The position numbers and the translations under genes are program-made. Shown here one piece after another: positions 40,833 through 50,577 of a DNA stretch of 64,000 nt (position 1 is its first letter; each line of letters begins with the position of its first letter). The stretch is taken from the NCBI RefSeq assembly GCF_947487605.1, contig NZ_CANKXK010000011.1:47759-111758 (forward strand), written 5' to 3'. The notes beneath the pieces are model-generated. The model was not told the DNA's origin. It was given only the letters and a program-made list of their open reading frames with translations, and made no database searches. Source of the stretch: an uncultured Algibacter sp. GTDB lineage: Bacteria; Bacteroidota; Bacteroidia; Flavobacteriales; Flavobacteriaceae.

Positions 40833-42011
40833 TTAATAACTAAACTCTCCGTACTCCGATTTTATTGTTAGCTTTTTAGTTTCTGAAGCTTCCACCCTAC
40901 CAATAATTTTAGCATCCACATTGAAAGATTTGGAAATTGATATTATGTCGGCTGCTACTTCTTTAGAAACATAAAGTTCCATTCTATGACCACAATTAAA
41001 AACTTGATACATTTCTTTCCAGTCCGTTTTTGATTGCTCCTGAATTAGTTTGAACAACGGAGGTATAGGAAACATATTATCTTTTATAATATGAAATTTA
41101 TCTACAAAATGAAGAATTTTAGTTTGAGCTCCACCTGAACAATGTACCATACCATGGATACTATCGCTGTTGTATTGAGATAAAATTGCTTTTATAATTG
41201 GTGCATAGGTTCGTGTTGGCGACAAAACCAATTTACCAGCGTCGATAGGTGCATTTTTAACAGCATCAGTTAATTTAACGCCTCCTGAATACACCAATTC
41301 TTCAGGAACCGAAGGATCGAAACTTTCTGGGTAATTTTCGGCAAGATATTTACTAAACACATCATGTCGTGCAGAGGTTAATCCGTTACTGCCCATACCG
41401 CCGTTATATTCCTTCTCATAAGTTGCTTGACCAAAACTCTCTAGCCCAACTATAACATCTCCTGCTTTTATATTTGCATTGTCTATTACATCACTACGCT
41501 TCAGCCTTGCTGTTACAGTAGAATCTACAATAATAGTTCGCACTAAATCACCAACATCGGCAGTTTCGCCTCCTGTAGAATGAATTGTTACACCAAAGGA
41601 TTTTAAATCTTCTAGTAACTCTTCTGTTCCGTTAATGATTGCTGAAAGTACTTCGCCTGGAATTAGGTTTTTATTCCTACCTATTGTAGAAGACAACATA
41701 ATATTATCTGTAGCGCCAACACATAATAAATCGTCTATATTCATTATTAAGGCATCTTGTGCAATTCCTTTCCAAACAGAAATATCTCCCGTTTCTTTCC
41801 AGTACATATATGCCAAAGATGATTTTGTTCCAGCACCATCTGCATGCATGATTAAACAATAATTGTCATCATTTGTTAAATAATCAGGAACAATTTTGCA
41901 AAATGCTTTTGGGAATAATCCTTTATCAATATTTTTTATTGCGTTGTGGACATCTTCTTTCGAGGCCGAAACACCACGTTGCGCATAACGTTTAGAAACT
42001 TCTTGACTCAT
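40833..42011 (-). CDS. purM: AIR synthase (Bacteroidota PurM type)
   Basis: HADGAGTK, MNIDDL.CVGA, GGETAD, SNGLT, HCSGG, FNCG; start at MSQEVSKRY. Confidence 0.88.
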   Translation of the reverse strand: MSQEVSKRYAQRGVSASKEDVHNAIKNIDKGLFPKAFCKIVPDYLTNDDNYCLIMHADGAGTKSSLAYMYWKETGDISVWKGIAQDALIMNIDDLLCVGATDNIMLSSTIGRNKNLIPGEVLSAIINGTEELLEDLKSFGVTIHSTGGETADVGDLVRTIIVDSTVTARLKRSDVIDNANIKAGDVIVGLESFGQATYEKEYNGGMGSNGLTSARHDVFSKYLAENYPESFDPSVPEELVYSGGVKLTDAVKNAPIDAGKLVLSPTRTYAPIIKAILSQYNSDSIHGMVHCSGGAQTKILHFVDKFHIIKDNMFPIPPLFKLIQEQSKTDWKEMYQVFNCGHRMELYVSKEVAADIISISKSFNVDAKIIGRVEASETKKLTIKSEYGEFSY

Positions 42012-42091
42012 ATGGTTGTATTGAGCTGCAAATTTACTTTTTTGAATCAAAAAACCCTTATTTTAATGCAGGAATTAAGAAACTTTAAACA

Positions 42092-44278
42092 CTATCGTGT
42101 AAAAAGCATCTCTCTATACTTCGTTAATGGCCAAATTTCGTCATCAACTAAAAGTTCTAGCTTGTCGCAATGATAGCGAATTTCATCAAACATAGGCTTT
42201 ACTTTAAAAGAATAATTAAGGGCTTTCTTTTCTAAATCACTCATAGAATTAGATTTTTTACGCTCGTCAATCATCTTTGTTACTTTCGCATTAATAGCTT
42301 CAATGTGATTTGAAATTTCTTCTATTAAATTAATTTGTTCTTTAGATACGGCATTATATTTTTCTTCGAAAATCTCTTTTAGTCCTCTTACATTTTCAAT
42401 TAAAATGTTCTGATACCTTACTGCAGTTGGCACAATATGATTGCGTGCAATATCACCCAATACGCGGCTTTCAATTTGAATATGCTTAATATAGGATTCC
42501 ATTTCAATTTCATAACGTGCTTCAGTTTCTACTTTACTCATAACTCCCATTTCTTGAAAGAGCGATATTGACTGTTTAGAGACTCTAGCTTTTAAAGCTT
42601 CTGGAGTCGTTTTGTTATTACTTAATCCTCTTTTCTTAGCCTCTTTTTCCCAATCTTCACCATAACCATTACCCTCAAACAAAATATCTTTACAAGACTT
42701 TATGTATTCTCGAAGTACATTAAAAATAGCCTCATCCTTTTTAAGACCTTTTTCATCGATTAATGTGTCAACTTCAACTTTAAAATCTTTCAATTGTTTT
42801 GCTACAATAGTATTTAAAACAGTCATTGGGCTGCCGCAATTAGCTGTTGAACCAACAGCTCTAAATTCAAATTTATTTCCTGTAAATGCAAAGGGAGATG
42901 TTCTGTTTCTATCTGTATTATCTAATAAAACATCTGGAATTTTACCTACTACATTAAGTTTTAATTCTGTTTTTTCTTCGGGTGATAATTTACCTTTTGT
43001 TACACCCTCTAATTCTTCTAAAACTTTGGTTAATTGGTTACCAATAAAAATAGACATTATTGCTGGTGGGGCTTCATTAGCTCCTAATCGATGATCATTA
43101 CTTGCCGAAGCTATAGTTGCTCGTAATAATGCTTCATACTCACGAACTCCCTTAATTGTATTTATAAAAAAAGTGAGGAATTGCAAATTACTCATTGGGG
43201 TTTTTCCTGGACCTAATAAATTCACTCCAGTATCTGTTGTAAGCGACCAATTATTATGTTTCCCAGAACCATTAACTCCTGCAAATGGCTTTTCGTGTAA
43301 GAGCACTTTAAAATTATGACGTGATGCTACACGTCCCATAACATCCATTAATAAGGAATTATGATCTACGGCTAAATTTGCTTCTTCATATATTGGTGCC
43401 AATTCAAATTGATTTGGAGCCACCTCATTATGCCTTGTCTTAACTGGAATACCTAAAACAATACATTCGTTTTCTAATTCGCGCATAAAATTTAAAGCTC
43501 TACTAGGGATAGAACCAAAATAATGATCGTCTAATTGCTGACCCTTAGCAGATGAATGCCCTAATAGAGTTCTACCTGTTAAGGTGATATCTGGACGGCT
43601 TGCAGCCATCATTTTATCAATTAAAAAATATTCCTGTTCCCACCCTAATGATGATGTTACCTTCTTTACATTTTTATCAAAATATTTACAAATAGCTGTG
43701 GCTGTATTATCTACCGCATGTAAAGCTCTTAACAGCGGTGTTTTATAATCTAATGCCTCTCCCGTATATGCAACAAATATGGTAGGAATACATAAGGTAG
43801 TTTCGTAGATAAAAGCTGGCGATGAAGGATCCCACGCAGTATACCCTCTAGCTTCGAAGGTGTTTCGAATTCCGCCACTAGGAAAACTTGAGGCATCTGG
43901 TTCTTGTTGTACTAGTTGTCCGCCATCAAATTTTTCAATAGCCAAACCATCTCCAATTGTTTCAAAGAAGGCATCATGCTTTTCTGCAGTTGAACCAGTT
44001 AAAGGTTGAAACCAATGCGTGTAATGTGTTACACCTTTCGATAGTGCCCAATCTCGCATTGATGAAGCTACTTGATCTGCTATTTTTCTATCTATTTTTT
44101 TCCCGTGTTGAATCGCATTTATAACCCCATCAAAAGCATCCTTTGTTAAATATTGACGCATTTTCTGTTCGTTAAAGACATTTTTACCGAATAAATCGGA
44201 ACGTCTTTCCTTTTCTTCAAAAAAAATTGGCTTAGATGCTAAAGATTCTTTTATCGCATGAAATCTTAATGTAGGCAT
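42092..44278 (-). CDS. Glutamine synthetase type III
   Basis: THWFQPLT, EPDASSFPSGG.R.TFEARGY, HNEVAP.Q.E, NGSGKHNNWS, DRNRTSPFAFTGNKFEFRA. Confidence 0.93.
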   Translation of the reverse strand: MPTLRFHAIKESLASKPIFFEEKERRSDLFGKNVFNEQKMRQYLTKDAFDGVINAIQHGKKIDRKIADQVASSMRDWALSKGVTHYTHWFQPLTGSTAEKHDAFFETIGDGLAIEKFDGGQLVQQEPDASSFPSGGIRNTFEARGYTAWDPSSPAFIYETTLCIPTIFVAYTGEALDYKTPLLRALHAVDNTATAICKYFDKNVKKVTSSLGWEQEYFLIDKMMAASRPDITLTGRTLLGHSSAKGQQLDDHYFGSIPSRALNFMRELENECIVLGIPVKTRHNEVAPNQFELAPIYEEANLAVDHNSLLMDVMGRVASRHNFKVLLHEKPFAGVNGSGKHNNWSLTTDTGVNLLGPGKTPMSNLQFLTFFINTIKGVREYEALLRATIASASNDHRLGANEAPPAIMSIFIGNQLTKVLEELEGVTKGKLSPEEKTELKLNVVGKIPDVLLDNTDRNRTSPFAFTGNKFEFRAVGSTANCGSPMTVLNTIVAKQLKDFKVEVDTLIDEKGLKKDEAIFNVLREYIKSCKDILFEGNGYGEDWEKEAKKRGLSNNKTTPEALKARVSKQSISLFQEMGVMSKVETEARYEIEMESYIKHIQIESRVLGDIARNHIVPTAVRYQNILIENVRGLKEIFEEKYNAVSKEQINLIEEISNHIEAINAKVTKMIDERKKSNSMSDLEKKALNYSFKVKPMFDEIRYHCDKLELLVDDEIWPLTKYREMLFTR

Positions 44279-44538
44279 TGTCTTAATAAATTGATTTAAT
44301 TTAGTTTACAAAAATAACTATCTACTATAAATATAAAGTAAAACAGAAATATCTTGTTAACAATTTTTCAGTAATTATATAAAATAATATACTTTTTCTA
44401 AAATATACCTTAAAAAAATGGGGTTTAAATAAAAATAAGTTAGGTTTTTATTAAAACACCCCCTAAAATTTATAGTATCTTTTTAATGGTATATATTTGT
44501 GTGATTACTTTTAATATTTCAATTATAATATATTCATT

Positions 44539-45561
44539 ATGGCAAAAATTAAATTAGAATACCTTTGGTTAGATGGGTATTATCCAACTCAAAACTTAAG
44601 AAGCAAAACTAAGGTAGAAGAGCATGAAAACTTTCAAGGTACTTTAGAAGAATTAGGAATGTGGTCTTTTGATGGATCTTCAACAAGACAAGCTGAAGGT
44701 GGGTCTTCTGACTGTTTATTAAAACCTGTAGCTATTTATCCAGATCCAGACAGAATCAACGGATATTTAGTTATGACTGAAGTTTTAAATGCAGATGGAA
44801 CACCGCATACATCTAACGGTAGAGCTACTATTGATGATGATGATAATGATTTCTGGTTTGGTTTCGAGCAAGAGTATTTTATAATGGATACAAAAACAGG
44901 ATTACCTTTAGGTTTCCCTGTTGGAGGTTATCCTGCACCACAAGGTATGTACTACTGTTCTGTAGGTGGTAAAAACACACACGGTAGAGATTTAGTTGAA
45001 GAGCATGCAGATTTATGTATTGATGCAGGTTTAAACTTTGAAGGAATTAACCAAGAGGTTGCTTCTGGACAATGGGAATTCCAATTATTCGCAAAAGGCG
45101 CTAAAAAAGCTGGAGACGAAATATGGATTGCTAGATATTTACTAGATCGTTTAACAGAAAAGTATGGTTACTACATTGAGTACCATCCAAAACCTCTTGG
45201 AAAAGACATGGATTGGAATGGTTCTGGTATGCACGCCAATTTCTCTAACACAACACTAAGAACTTGTGGTTCTGAAGAAATTTACGGAAAAATCTGTGAA
45301 GCTTTTCGCGATGTTGTAGATGAGCATATTGCTGTTTATGGTGAGTTTAACGACCAACGTTTAACTGGATTACACGAAACTGCAGCTATTACAGATTTCT
45401 CTTGGGGAGTTTCAGATAGAGGTGCATCAATCCGTATTCCAATTATTGCTGTAGAGAAAGGATGGAAAGGTTGGTTAGAAGATAGAAGACCAGCTTCTAA
45501 TGGAGATCCATACAAAATTGCAGGAAGAATTATAAAAACGGTTAAATCAGCTAAAATATAA
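44539..45561 (+). CDS. Glutamine synthetase, short GSII-like type
   Basis: 340 aa; WSFDGSST.QA, DWNGSGMH.NFS, RLTGLHET, DRGASIRIP, EDRRPASN.DPY. Confidence 0.92.
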   Translation: MAKIKLEYLWLDGYYPTQNLRSKTKVEEHENFQGTLEELGMWSFDGSSTRQAEGGSSDCLLKPVAIYPDPDRINGYLVMTEVLNADGTPHTSNGRATIDDDDNDFWFGFEQEYFIMDTKTGLPLGFPVGGYPAPQGMYYCSVGGKNTHGRDLVEEHADLCIDAGLNFEGINQEVASGQWEFQLFAKGAKKAGDEIWIARYLLDRLTEKYGYYIEYHPKPLGKDMDWNGSGMHANFSNTTLRTCGSEEIYGKICEAFRDVVDEHIAVYGEFNDQRLTGLHETAAITDFSWGVSDRGASIRIPIIAVEKGWKGWLEDRRPASNGDPYKIAGRIIKTVKSAKI

Positions 45562-45587
45562 CTTAGCCTATATAAGTTTTGTTCATA

Positions 45588-45622
45588 AAAAAGCGCTTAC
45601 ATTTAAAATGTAAGCGCTTTTT
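45588..45622. terminator. Bidirectional intrinsic terminator
   Basis: AAAAAGCGCTTACATTT-A-AAATGTAAGCGCTTTTT. Confidence 0.85.
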
Positions 45623-45641
45623 AGTTTCTAACAGTTTCTAT

Positions 45642-46589
45642 TTACTTACCTGAAGTAAAAACCATAAACATAAATACGCCATATGCAAAAACTAAGAAAA
45701 ACCCTTTTGCTCTACTAATTTGTAATTTTTTGGGAATAAAAATAATTGGTATTAGAATCGCTGCAAATCCAAGCATCCAAAAAATGTCATTAGAAAGTAT
45801 TTGTAATTCTGTAACTGGTATGGGTTTTATTATAGCTGTTAAACCCAAAACAGAACCTATATTAAATATATTAGAACCAATTAAGTTTCCTAATGAAATA
45901 GCTTTTTCTTGTTTTGCTGCAGCAATAACTGAAGCTGCAAGTTCTGGCACACTCGTTCCTACTGCAATTAAAGAAACTCCTATTACAGCTTCGCTAACAC
46001 CTATTGAACGCGCAATTTCTTTAGATCCTGTTACTAACCATTCACTGCCAAAATAAAGTGCTAAAGCACCAATTACTAGCCATAATATTATTTTGAAGTT
46101 TGAAACTACCGATAAAGCTTCATCGACCTCCTCAACAACCATATCTTTTCTTGAGTTTCTTATTAAAAAAATTAAAAAAAGAATGAGTGCTAAAAATAAA
46201 ATACCTCCCTCTATTGCTGTCAATAGGTAGTCATTAATTAAAAAATAATACAGTATTATAGAAAAAATCATCATGACTGGCCAATTCACTTTGTAAAATG
46301 ATTTATCTACAGCAATTACTCCAACCATAGCAGTAATACCAAGTACTAGACCAATATTCGCAATATTAGACCCGATAACATTATTAATGGCAATTGCTGG
46401 AGAACCAGATAATGCTGCTTGTAAACTAACAAGTAATTCTGGTGCAGAGGTTGCAAATGACACAACCGTCATGCCTATAACCATTTTTGAAATATTAAAC
46501 TTAAAAGATAATGCCACCGAAGAGCGCACTAAAAACTCACCTCCTACTACTAACAGTATAAATCCAAGAATTACCAATAGCAAATTCAT
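45642..46589 (-). CDS. Calcium/sodium antiporter (CaCA/YrbG family)
   Basis: Two alpha repeats: ATSAPE..GSNIAN and GTSVPE..GSNIFN. Confidence 0.92.
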   Translation of the reverse strand: MNLLLVILGFILLVVGGEFLVRSSVALSFKFNISKMVIGMTVVSFATSAPELLVSLQAALSGSPAIAINNVIGSNIANIGLVLGITAMVGVIAVDKSFYKVNWPVMMIFSIILYYFLINDYLLTAIEGGILFLALILFLIFLIRNSRKDMVVEEVDEALSVVSNFKIILWLVIGALALYFGSEWLVTGSKEIARSIGVSEAVIGVSLIAVGTSVPELAASVIAAAKQEKAISLGNLIGSNIFNIGSVLGLTAIIKPIPVTELQILSNDIFWMLGFAAILIPIIFIPKKLQISRAKGFFLVFAYGVFMFMVFTSGK

Positions 46590-46655
46590 AAAATATTTTT
46601 TTGCGAAGATAAATGAAAGTAAAAAGTCAAATGTGAAAAGTGATTTTTTTTTTTA

Positions 46656-46713
46656 AAACTTAAAATTTAGTTAAATAACTATCTATTTAGTTGTATAACT
46701 ATAAAAATAGTTA
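46656..46713. promoter_or_regulatory. Three tandem palindromic operators (probable BlaI sites)
   Basis: AAACTTAAAATTTAGTTA, TAACTATCTATTTAGTTG and TAACTATAAAAATAGTTA at a 20-bp period, directly before a TAGGTTTG -7 element. Confidence 0.65.
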
Positions 46714-46725
46714 TAGGTTTGTAAT

Positions 46726-46819
46726 GCGTTAGGGATTGAAGTGAAAAGCCCACAGCGAACAGATTTTTATCTGGAAGCGAGGACTTGTAGCGTAAAGCCC
46801 GACCCTTGTGGTAACGCCC
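46726..46819 (+). ncRNA. Flavo-1-like structured RNA motif
   Basis: GCGTTAGGGATTGAAGTG...GGACTTGTAGCGTAAAGCCCGACCC..TAACGC resembles the Flavo-1 motif as I recall it; second copy at 60100. Confidence 0.6.
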
Positions 46820-46882
46820 AAATATTTTTAACTAAAACTAAAAAGATTTCCTTATTCGGGGAGCTAAAAAAAATACGTTTTT

Positions 46883-47242
46883 ATGGAGAAGCTTACAAAT
46901 AAAGAGGAAGAAATTATGCATATATTATGGAAGCTTAAAAAAGCTTTTGTAAAGGACGTATTAGCAGAAATTAAAGACGATAAGCCTCACTACAACACCT
47001 TATCAACCATTATTAGGAATTTAGAAGATAAAGGATATGTTGCCTACAATGCATATGGAAAGACCCACCAGTACTACCCTGTTGTAAGTAAAGAAAATTA
47101 TAGAAAGAAGTTTATGAATACAGCGATAAACAACTATTTTAATAATTCATATAAAAATATGGTGTCGTTTTTTGCTAAAGAAGAAAAGATAAGTGTTGAC
47201 GAACTTAAAGAGATTATTAACCTTATTGAAAAAAACAAATAG
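46883..47242 (+). CDS. BlaI/MecI/CopY family repressor
   Basis: LTNKEEEIM.ILW, YNTLSTIIR.LE.KG, wHTH pattern. Confidence 0.93.
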   Translation: MEKLTNKEEEIMHILWKLKKAFVKDVLAEIKDDKPHYNTLSTIIRNLEDKGYVAYNAYGKTHQYYPVVSKENYRKKFMNTAINNYFNNSYKNMVSFFAKEEKISVDELKEIINLIEKNK

Positions 47243-47244
47243 CT

Positions 47245-49086
47245 ATGGAATATTTAATTAAAGTAAGTGCTGTTATAGCTATTTTTTATATTATTTATAA
47301 AGTGTTTTTAGATCGATATACTTTTTTCGAATCTAATAGATGGTTTTTATTGTTTGGACTAATAACTGCTTTCGCTATCCCTTTTTTAGTTATTCCTGTT
47401 TATATTGAAAGTTCACCTGCAATTGTACCAGACTATTTATATGCTGGAACAACAAGTAATGTTGTGGAGCAAAGGGCAACATTTAATCTAGTAGACACCA
47501 TAACCAGCATTTATTTACTTGGTTTAGTGGCGTTTAGTATTCGGTTTATAATTCAAATTGCTGCCTTATTTTTGATTATTATTAAAAATAAGAAAGAAAA
47601 AGAAGGTCATTATATCTTTATTAAAACCAATAGTAACATTTCGCCATTTTCATTTTTTAACTGGATTGTTTACAACCCGAAAGACTATTCGCAGACTGAG
47701 CTAAGTCTTATAATAGCTCACGAAAAGGTACATGCGTGTCAATTCCATTCGGTTGATGTTTTACTTACTCAATTGTCTTGTATTATACTTTGGTTTAATC
47801 CTTTTATTTGGCTGTATAACAAAGATTTAAAACAAAATTTAGAATTTATTGCAGACAAAAATGCGCAACAAAATTCTAATTGTAAAAAAAGCTATCAATA
47901 CACATTACTTAAAACAAGTATGCCAACTCATCAATTGGCTTTAAGTAATAATTTTTATAATTCATTAATCAAAAAACGAATCGTTATGTTACAGAAATCA
48001 AAATCTAAAAAAATTAATCAAATTAAGTACATCTTGGTTGTACCTTTATTGACTCTCTTTTTAATGAGTTTTAATACCAAAACTATTTTTATAGAAAAAG
48101 AAAATCCTCTCATTAATGAGCTTAATTCGTTTAATTTTAATGAAGATAAGCCAGAAACTGAACAACAAACTAACTTAATTGCAGAAGAGCCAATAATAAA
48201 CAAGGAATACGGTAATACCAAAGAAACTAAAAAAGAGTCTAAACCATCTATTGTAAATAATAACCTTGATAAAGCTAAGAATGTTCAAGATTTTATAATA
48301 ACTAAAAATAGTAGTGATGCAGATTTAGATAAATTAATTTCAAAAATTAAAGCCGCAGGTGTAGACATAAAATTTAAGGGTGTTAAAAGAAATAGCAAAG
48401 GAGAAATTACATCAATTAAGATAGAAGCAAAATCTAAAAACTCTAACGCTAGCTTTAATCTTAACTCAGATGAGACCATCGAACCAATAAAAATCTCTTT
48501 TAAAAAAGGCGGTAAAAACCTATCTATAGGAAACACGTCTGCTATTCATCGCCTTCATACATCTGGAAAAGACCATAACGTTTTTATTTATTCTGATGAA
48601 GATGATGACCGCAAAATCCATAAAATAACTGGAGATTCAATTCACTATACTTACGCGACAAAAAAAGGCAAATACCATGTGTTAAGTAAAAATAAAAAGG
48701 TAGAGATAATATCTAGTGACGATAGTGATGGTGAAGTTGAAGTAATTATTGAAAGTGATGACGACAATGATGAGAACCATGAAGAAGATGCTATTATAAT
48801 TAAAAATGGAAAAACGATTACAACATCAAATAAAGGGAGTAATACTTTTAAAGTAAAAACCTTAGGAAATAGTAAAAGTGATAGTAAAATAATTATCACT
48901 TCAGACGATAAAGAGCAACCATTATTCATTGTTGATGGAGAAGAATACGAAAAAACAGGAATCGACGATATAAAACCAGATAACATTGAAAGTATTAATG
49001 TATTAAAAGGAGAATCGGCTGAAAAAAAGTATGGTAATAAAGGAAAAAATGGGGTTGTTGAAATTATAACAAAAAAGAAAAAATAA
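47245..49086 (+). CDS. Peptidase M56 (BlaR1-like) with C-terminal TonB-plug-like domain
   Basis: HEKVH zinc motif, WFNPFIW..NLEFIAD, IKKRIVM; PLFIVDG..IESINVLKG..KYG..GKNGVVEI.TK. Confidence 0.88.
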   Translation: MEYLIKVSAVIAIFYIIYKVFLDRYTFFESNRWFLLFGLITAFAIPFLVIPVYIESSPAIVPDYLYAGTTSNVVEQRATFNLVDTITSIYLLGLVAFSIRFIIQIAALFLIIIKNKKEKEGHYIFIKTNSNISPFSFFNWIVYNPKDYSQTELSLIIAHEKVHACQFHSVDVLLTQLSCIILWFNPFIWLYNKDLKQNLEFIADKNAQQNSNCKKSYQYTLLKTSMPTHQLALSNNFYNSLIKKRIVMLQKSKSKKINQIKYILVVPLLTLFLMSFNTKTIFIEKENPLINELNSFNFNEDKPETEQQTNLIAEEPIINKEYGNTKETKKESKPSIVNNNLDKAKNVQDFIITKNSSDADLDKLISKIKAAGVDIKFKGVKRNSKGEITSIKIEAKSKNSNASFNLNSDETIEPIKISFKKGGKNLSIGNTSAIHRLHTSGKDHNVFIYSDEDDDRKIHKITGDSIHYTYATKKGKYHVLSKNKKVEIISSDDSDGEVEVIIESDDDNDENHEEDAIIIKNGKTITTSNKGSNTFKVKTLGNSKSDSKIIITSDDKEQPLFIVDGEEYEKTGIDDIKPDNIESINVLKGESAEKKYGNKGKNGVVEIITKKKK

Positions 49087-49106
49087 CCTTAACAAAATAT
49101 CATTTT

Positions 49107-49137
49107 AAAGACACTCAAGTATGAGTGTCTTTTTTTT
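49107..49137 (+). terminator. Intrinsic terminator
   Basis: AAAGACACTCA-AGTA-TGAGTGTCTTTTTTTT. Confidence 0.85.
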
Positions 49138-49560
49138 GTTTTTACTTTTCAAAAAGATGAAAAGTTAAAAAAACAGCATTTTTAATATAAAAACGCCCTT
49201 GGTTTAAAAAATTCTTATTAAAAATAGCCTATAATTATTACAAATAGTAACATTATTTAAACAATTTGATTTCGATTTAATACTTGTTAAAAGTAAGTCA
49301 CACTAATATTAAAATCAATTCTATAATTTTACTTACATATCTATATTCAAATTCATGGATTTAAGCTAAAACACTTGGAAGATAGATTGCCAAAAATATA
49401 TATTGGAAACTCAATCAAGAAACAATAACTATTTATTAACCTTAAAACCTAAAATTATGATGACACTTGCCACTCTTATAATCGATTTAATCTTCTCGAT
49501 TATATTCTAAACCAAAAAATGTAAAACTTAGTCTAGAATAAGTTTTACTATTTTTGTTAC

Positions 49561-49713
49561 ATGCAAAAGCAGGTTTTCAAAATTTTAGCAAAGGTTAACA
49601 AAATCATCCTACCAAGTTATTCTAAACAACAATTAGATTTAGCAAAAGCTAATAAACTGCAAATGGCAATTATTGGCTGGCGTTGGTTTATTACAAAAAA
49701 TGCATTGGATTAG
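49561..49713 (+). CDS. 50-aa small protein (not in ORF track)
   Basis: MQKQVFKILAKVNKIILPSYSKQQLDLAKANKLQMAIIGWRWFITKNALD*; resembles a small Bacteroidota family as I recall it. Confidence 0.7.
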   Translation: MQKQVFKILAKVNKIILPSYSKQQLDLAKANKLQMAIIGWRWFITKNALD

Positions 49714-49739
49714 ATTTAAATATAAACTGTTATTACGTT

Positions 49740-50213
49740 TTAAATAAATAGTAGCTGACAGCCTTCTTGATCTGCTCTACTATAAAAATCTCCTATGGTT
49801 AGTATGCCATCTAATTCATCAATTAAATCTTCATCTTTTAAATGAAACATATCTACCGCCAATTTACATGCCCAGAGCTTACAACCTGAGTCTGAAAGAA
49901 TTTCTAAAAACTCACCTACAGGTGGCATGTCTAATTTTTCCATTTCTTTTTTCATCATTTTTGTAGCTAAAGCTTCCATTCCTGGTAAACCGCCTAACAT
50001 GGTTGGTATGTGCATCCCTGGATTACCTACTGTGGCTACATGTAAATGTTCTAGCTTTTTCTTTTGAATAGCTTCCAGTCCAAAAAAAGTAAAAAATATT
50101 TCGGATTCTATCCCTTCCATTCTTGCACCGTTGGCCATTACAAATGCAGCATATGCATTTTCTATAGTTGCTTTTGATAAGATGAAAAGCATTTTTTTAA
50201 CTTTTGTGCCCAT
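49740..50213 (-). CDS. DsrE/DsrF-like (DsrE2-type) sulfurtransferase
   Basis: AFVMANGA..G.E.EIFFTFFGL; G.KLWAC...DM conserved Cys. Confidence 0.85.
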   Translation of the reverse strand: MGTKVKKMLFILSKATIENAYAAFVMANGARMEGIESEIFFTFFGLEAIQKKKLEHLHVATVGNPGMHIPTMLGGLPGMEALATKMMKKEMEKLDMPPVGEFLEILSDSGCKLWACKLAVDMFHLKDEDLIDELDGILTIGDFYSRADQEGCQLLFI

Positions 50214-50251
50214 AATTATATGTTTTAAATTAGTCTTTCGTATTTATTAAA

Positions 50252-50560
50252 TTAAATACAACTTTTTGGTTTTGGTACACCAGCAATTTTAGTTGAAATT
50301 TTTAATGGCCCTTTAGGAAAGAGTGCATAGAATTCTTTGATGTCTAATACACCACTTTTTTTAATACCTCTAATAGATAAGGCTACGTCATTTTTTACTT
50401 GCTCTTGAAGCCAAGAAACCACTTCCCAATGCCTATCTGTCATTTCAATACCTTCATTCTTAGCTATCTCAAGTCCAATGTCTTTATTCCATTGAGATAC
50501 GTCTGTTAAATATCCGTCTTCCGTGACGTCTAATCTAATTCCTGCAATATTTAAATCCAT
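50252..50560 (-). CDS. TusE/DsrC family sulfur relay protein
   Basis: EDGYL.D..QW..IA..EGI.MT..HWEVV, LFPKGP...KIAG.PKP.SC with penultimate Cys. Confidence 0.88.
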   Translation of the reverse strand: MDLNIAGIRLDVTEDGYLTDVSQWNKDIGLEIAKNEGIEMTDRHWEVVSWLQEQVKNDVALSIRGIKKSGVLDIKEFYALFPKGPLKISTKIAGVPKPKSCI

Positions 50561-50577
50561 AATATTTAGTGTTTTAA

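Noticed and set aside
49356..49456. Possible gene remnant (ATG GAT TTA AGC TAA ...)
   Set aside because: Stop at codon 5 and no recognisable homology; not enough evidence to call a pseudogene
50252..50560. Dissimilatory sulfite reductase (Dsr) pathway
   Set aside because: No dsrAB or dsrMKJOP in the window, and the protein lacks the second conserved DsrC cysteine
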